Part shown: piece by piece, positions 60,383 to 64,000 of the stretch | Layout of the letters: each line of letters opens with the position of its first letter | How positions within the stretch are numbered: position 1 is the first letter of the stretch | NCBI GenBank assembly: GCA_042216675.1 | Contig: JBDGTS010000008.1 | Span: forward strand, 96,707-160,706 | Direction: 5' to 3' | Source: Halobacteriaceae archaeon | Lineage (GTDB): Archaea; Halobacteriota; Halobacteria; Halobacteriales; Halobacteriaceae | DNA length: 64,000 nucleotides | Notes under the pieces: generated by a model | What the model was told of the DNA's origin: nothing | Seen by the model: the letters and a program-made list of their open reading frames with translations, nothing else | The model's database searches: none | Program-made: the position numbers and the translations under genes

Positions 60383-61522
60383 CTACTCCGCGAGGGGGAG
60401 CGTCACCGCGACGACGGTCCCCCGCGGGTCGTTGTCGCGCACGTCGACCGTTCCGCCGTTGATGTCGACCAGTTCGCTGACGAGGTACAGTCCGAAGCCC
60501 CCACCGGGGCTCCCGGACGAGACGCCCTTCTCGAGGACGCGTCGCTTCTCCTCCTCGGGGACGCCCGGACCGTCGTCGGCGACGGTGACGCACACGGCGG
60601 GAGCGCCGTCGTGGCGCGTCCGTTCGGCCGCCACCTCGACGGTCGGATTCGACCGGTCGGAGTGCTGAATCGCGTTCCGAAGCAGGTTCTCGAACACCTC
60701 GTCCAGCAGGCGGCCGCCGTACACTTCCCACTCGGGGTCCGGCGGCGCCGTGAGTTCGACGGTGGCCGACGGCGCGGCGTCGCTCATCGCGTCTCGCTGC
60801 TCGGTCAACACGTCCCGGAGCGACACCGCATCGAGGGCCGGTCGCTCCTCCTCGATGACGGCGTCCATCAGCGTCCGCATCGTGGTGACGAACTCAGTCA
60901 TCTCCGCGGTGCGGTCCGTCAGCACGTCGAGGTCCCGCATCGCCGTCTCGTCACCGCTCGCCTCGACGACGTCCCGAAGCGTCTCGCCTTTCGCCCGCAC
61001 GACGTTCAGGTCGTTCACCAGCGCGTGCCGGAGCATCCGGTTCACGAGTTCGAGGCGACGCTCGCGGCGCTCCCGGCGGCTGAGTTCGGCGCCCGTTCGG
61101 CGCTGGGTCGCGCGAACCAGTCCCGTGCCGAAGGACACGCTCGCGCCGATGACGAAGCCGTCGAGGGCCAACACCAGCGGCTTCGTCGCGTGCATCACCT
61201 GCTGCTGTATCAGGATGACCAGCGAGAACAGGCCGCCGATGGCGAGGGCACCGCCCACTGTCCAGCGAGCCACCGTCTCGGCGTACGTCGCCTCCCAGTC
61301 CCGCGTCGCCACCCACGCGCCGCCAGCGACGAGGGCCAGCGACAGCGCGAACAGCGCGGTGTTCTCCGCGAGCGTCGCCGTCACCGACCAGCCGAGGTCC
61401 GTCACGTCGTCCCACACGTCGTAGGCGGGGACAGCGAGGAGTGCCAGCCCGATCATCGACACCACGCCACCGGCTGAGAACCGGCGTAACGCCGCGGCGT
61501 CTCGGGACTGGAGAACGCCCAT
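60383..61522 (-). CDS. Membrane-bound sensor histidine kinase
   Basis: Four N-terminal TM helices, RHALVND H box, ENLLRNAIQH, DDGPG, GGFGL. Confidence 0.9.
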   Translation of the reverse strand: MGVLQSRDAAALRRFSAGGVVSMIGLALLAVPAYDVWDDVTDLGWSVTATLAENTALFALSLALVAGGAWVATRDWEATYAETVARWTVGGALAIGGLFSLVILIQQQVMHATKPLVLALDGFVIGASVSFGTGLVRATQRRTGAELSRRERRERRLELVNRMLRHALVNDLNVVRAKGETLRDVVEASGDETAMRDLDVLTDRTAEMTEFVTTMRTLMDAVIEEERPALDAVSLRDVLTEQRDAMSDAAPSATVELTAPPDPEWEVYGGRLLDEVFENLLRNAIQHSDRSNPTVEVAAERTRHDGAPAVCVTVADDGPGVPEEEKRRVLEKGVSSGSPGGGFGLYLVSELVDINGGTVDVRDNDPRGTVVAVTLPLAE

Positions 61523-61558
61523 GGTTGGCGTTCTTGATACCTCCGTTTTAAACACCGG

Positions 61559-61572
61559 CCTAACTCGCTCGG
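61559..61572. promoter_or_regulatory. CCTA-N6-TCGG box just upstream of the kinase TATA
   Basis: CCTAACTCGCTCGG adjacent to TTTAAAA (minus strand, near 61546-52). Confidence 0.5.
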
Positions 61573-61673
61573 ACGGCGGCACCGCGGGCACAGCTTATTT
61601 CCCGCCACCGCGCCCGCCTACAGACGACTGATGACGCCCGTCGGAGCGCCCCGTCGGCGGCGGGAGGCCACCC

Positions 61674-63719
61674 ATGGTTGAGGAGCCGACAGACAATCCC
61701 TACGTCCGGGACGTGGACCTCGGCTTCCGGGACCCCGAGGACCTCTCGGCGGCCGAGGCGCGCACACAGGTCGAACTGCTCCGGGAGGCCGTCGAGTACC
61801 ACGACTACCGCTACTACGTCGAGAACGACCCGGTGGTGTCCGACCGGACGTACGACCGCCTGTTCGACCGACTGGAGACGCTCGAAGACGCCTTCGACCT
61901 GCAGGACCCGAACTCGCCGACCCAGCGCGTCGGCGGCGAACCCCTCGACGAACTGGAGACAGTCGACCACGCCACGGAGATGCTCAGCCTCGCGTCCTCC
62001 GAGGACGAAGCGGACGTGCGCGACTTCGCACAGCGCGTCCGGAACGCCGTCGGCGACGTGCGCTACACCGCCGAGCCGAAGTTCGACGGCTTCTCCATCG
62101 AAGTCGTCTACGAGGACGGCGCGTTCGACCGGGCGGTCACCCGCGGCGACGGCGAGGCGGGCGAGGACGTCTCCCGAAACGTCCGGACCATCGGCTCGGT
62201 CCCGCTCCACCTGCCCGACGACGCCCCCGACTTCCTCTCCGTGCGCGGCGAGATCTACATGCCCCGCTCGGGTTTTCAGGCCCTCAACGAGGAGCGAGTC
62301 GAACGCGGCGAGGACCCGTTCGCCAACCCCCGCAACGCCGCCGCGGGCACGGTGCGCCTGCTGGACCCCGAGACGGTGGCCGACCGGCCCCTGAACGTCT
62401 ACTTCTACGACGTGATGGTCACCACCGCGGCCGTCGAGTCCCAGACGGGTGCCTTCGACTTGCTGGAGCGACTGGGGTTCCGGGTCGACGACCTCACCCG
62501 AACCGTCGACGACGTGGACGCCTTCATCGAGTACCGCGACGAACTGCGGGAGCGCCGCGCCGAACTGGAGTACGAAATCGACGGCGTCGTCGCGAAGGTG
62601 GACGACTTCGACGCCCGCGCCGAGTTGGGCACCACGGCCCGCCATCCGAAGTGGGCCTACGCCTACAAGTTCCCGCCCGAGACGGAGGAGACGACGGTGG
62701 CATCCATCGTCGTGCAGGTGGGCCGGACGGGCAAACTCACGCCCGTCGCGAACCTCGACCCCGTGCAGGTGAAGGGCGTGACCATCAGCCGCGCCACCCT
62801 GCACAACGAGTCCCAAGCGCAGGCGCTCGGCGTCGGCGAGGGGGCGCGCGTCACCGTCGAGCGAGCGGGGGACGTGATTCCCGAAGTCGTGGAGGTCCTC
62901 GACCCCGCCGACGAGACGTTCGAGATGCCCGACTCCTGTCCGGTGTGTGGCGCCGACGTGGTACGGGAGGGCGAGAACCACTACTGCACCAACGGCACTT
63001 CCTGTCCCGCGCAACTCAAGCGCACCCTCGAACACTTCGCCTCGAAGTCCGCGATGGACGTCGAGGGCCTCGGCGAGGAGGTGGCCGAGACGCTCGTCGA
63101 GGAGGGCCTCGTCGAGTCCGTCGCGGACCTCTACGGCCTCGAACTGGACGACGTGACCGCGCTGGAGGGGTGGGGCGAGCGGTCCGCGCGCAACCTCCTC
63201 GACGAAATCGCGGCGAGCAAAGACGTCGAGTTGGGGCGCTTCATCTACGCGCTCGGGATTCGCCACGTCGGCGCCGAACGCGCCCGGCTACTGGCCGAGG
63301 CGTTCACGCTCGACGAACTCCGAGGCGCCGACGAGGACGACTTGCGGGCCGTCGAGGACGTGGGCCCGGAGGTGGCCAAAAGCGTCGTCTCGTTCTTCGC
63401 GGAGGAGCGCAATCAGCGGGTCATCGAGGAACTCCTCGACGCCGGCGTGTCGCCCCGCCGCGCCGAACGCGGCGAGGAACTCGCGGGCCTCACCGTCGTG
63501 TTCACCGGGTCCATCGAGGGGTACACCCGCGAGGAACTGACCGAACTGCTCGAGCGTCACGGCGCGAACGTCACGTCCTCCGTCAGCGGCGCGACTGACT
63601 ACCTCGTTGTGGGCGAGAACCCCGGCACCAGAAAGCGCGAGGCCGCCGACGAACACGACGTGCCCGAGATGGACCCCGAGGAGTTCCGCACCGAGATTCT
63701 GTCGCGCCTGCCCGACTGA
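61674..63719 (+). CDS. ligA: NAD-dependent DNA ligase (haloarchaeal LigN)
   Basis: EPKFDG adenylation motif, TRGDG, ANPRNAAAG, IDGVVAK, QVGRTG, ATLHN, Zn finger, BRCT VVFTG. Confidence 0.97.
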   Translation: MVEEPTDNPYVRDVDLGFRDPEDLSAAEARTQVELLREAVEYHDYRYYVENDPVVSDRTYDRLFDRLETLEDAFDLQDPNSPTQRVGGEPLDELETVDHATEMLSLASSEDEADVRDFAQRVRNAVGDVRYTAEPKFDGFSIEVVYEDGAFDRAVTRGDGEAGEDVSRNVRTIGSVPLHLPDDAPDFLSVRGEIYMPRSGFQALNEERVERGEDPFANPRNAAAGTVRLLDPETVADRPLNVYFYDVMVTTAAVESQTGAFDLLERLGFRVDDLTRTVDDVDAFIEYRDELRERRAELEYEIDGVVAKVDDFDARAELGTTARHPKWAYAYKFPPETEETTVASIVVQVGRTGKLTPVANLDPVQVKGVTISRATLHNESQAQALGVGEGARVTVERAGDVIPEVVEVLDPADETFEMPDSCPVCGADVVREGENHYCTNGTSCPAQLKRTLEHFASKSAMDVEGLGEEVAETLVEEGLVESVADLYGLELDDVTALEGWGERSARNLLDEIAASKDVELGRFIYALGIRHVGAERARLLAEAFTLDELRGADEDDLRAVEDVGPEVAKSVVSFFAEERNQRVIEELLDAGVSPRRAERGEELAGLTVVFTGSIEGYTREELTELLERHGANVTSSVSGATDYLVVGENPGTRKREAADEHDVPEMDPEEFRTEILSRLPD

Positions 63720-64000
63720 TGGTCCACGGCCTCGTCGGCCCCGGCGCGGTTCTGCTCGGGGTCGCACTCCTCGTCTACGGCGGCGCGCGCACCGTCGACG
63801 CCGCCGCGAGTCTCGCACGCGGCCTCGGCCTCCCCACCCTGTTCATCGGCGTCACCGTCGTCTCGGTTGGGAGTTCCGTCCCCGAAATCGCGACGAGCGT
63901 CTACAGCGGATTCTACGGGGCGGGGGACCTCGCCGTCGGGCACGTCGTCGGGTCGGCCATCTCGCAAATCACGCTCGGCGTCGGTCTCGTGGGTCTGCTG
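63719..64000 (+). CDS. Sodium/calcium exchanger family antiporter (3' truncated by window edge)
   Basis: TGATG overlap with ligase; IGVTVVSVGSSVPE and GHVVGS alpha-repeat motifs. Confidence 0.85.
   Translation, partial: MVHGLVGPGAVLLGVALLVYGGARTVDAAASLARGLGLPTLFIGVTVVSVGSSVPEIATSVYSGFYGAGDLAVGHVVGSAISQITLGVGLVGLL

Noticed and set aside
369-63266. Many long alternative-frame and antisense ORFs (369-1847, 24928-26424, 29640-31883, 39598-42408, 40712-43660, 57596-59530, 61560-63266)
   Set aside because: Shadows of real genes expected from high-GC codon bias; Arg/Gly/Ala/Val-rich with no motifs, unlike the acidic real proteins
1-64000. CRISPR arrays, IS transposases, inteins, rRNA, defence systems
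   Set aside because: No regularly spaced repeats, transposase motifs, oversized conserved proteins or clear low-GC island were visible

Overview
High-GC chromosomal window from a halophilic archaeon (Halobacteria), judged from acidic proteins, aRF1, thermosome, CarS, TiaS, TYW1, Trm1, and many apparently leaderless genes about 25 nt behind a TATA box. About 1-39 kb is mostly housekeeping: prf1, argS, tyw1, ribK-ribB, ilvE, carS, pyrE, thrS, tiaS, citrate synthase, ilvA-ridA, tRNA-Ser(GGA), thsB, lrp/glnA, trm1, hisH, udg and glucokinase. About 39-62 kb is accessory: a ~1580-aa PAS/GAF kinase, a stress-like cluster (erythromycin-esterase family, PolX, DUF2267, PRTase), a four-gene secreted operon with its own SipW-type peptidase, a Bat-like activator with a divergent twin receiver protein, a PGF-CTERM surface protein and a membrane kinase. 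NAD-dependent ligase follows. Three signals stand out. (1) A 14-bp CCTA-N6-TAGG palindrome recurs in six intergenic regions between 46 and 62 kb, suggesting a local Bat-type regulon that includes a putative TasA/SipW-like fibre and adhesin system. (2) A family of triloop twin-hairpin elements occurs intergenically, after the tRNA (with a duplicated tRNA 3' end) and in-frame inside hisH. (3) The thrS leader holds a uORF with a Thr codon and alternative pairings, and shares a 9-mer with the ilvA leader. No CRISPR array, transposase or integrase was seen. Family names come from recognition of motifs, not database searches.
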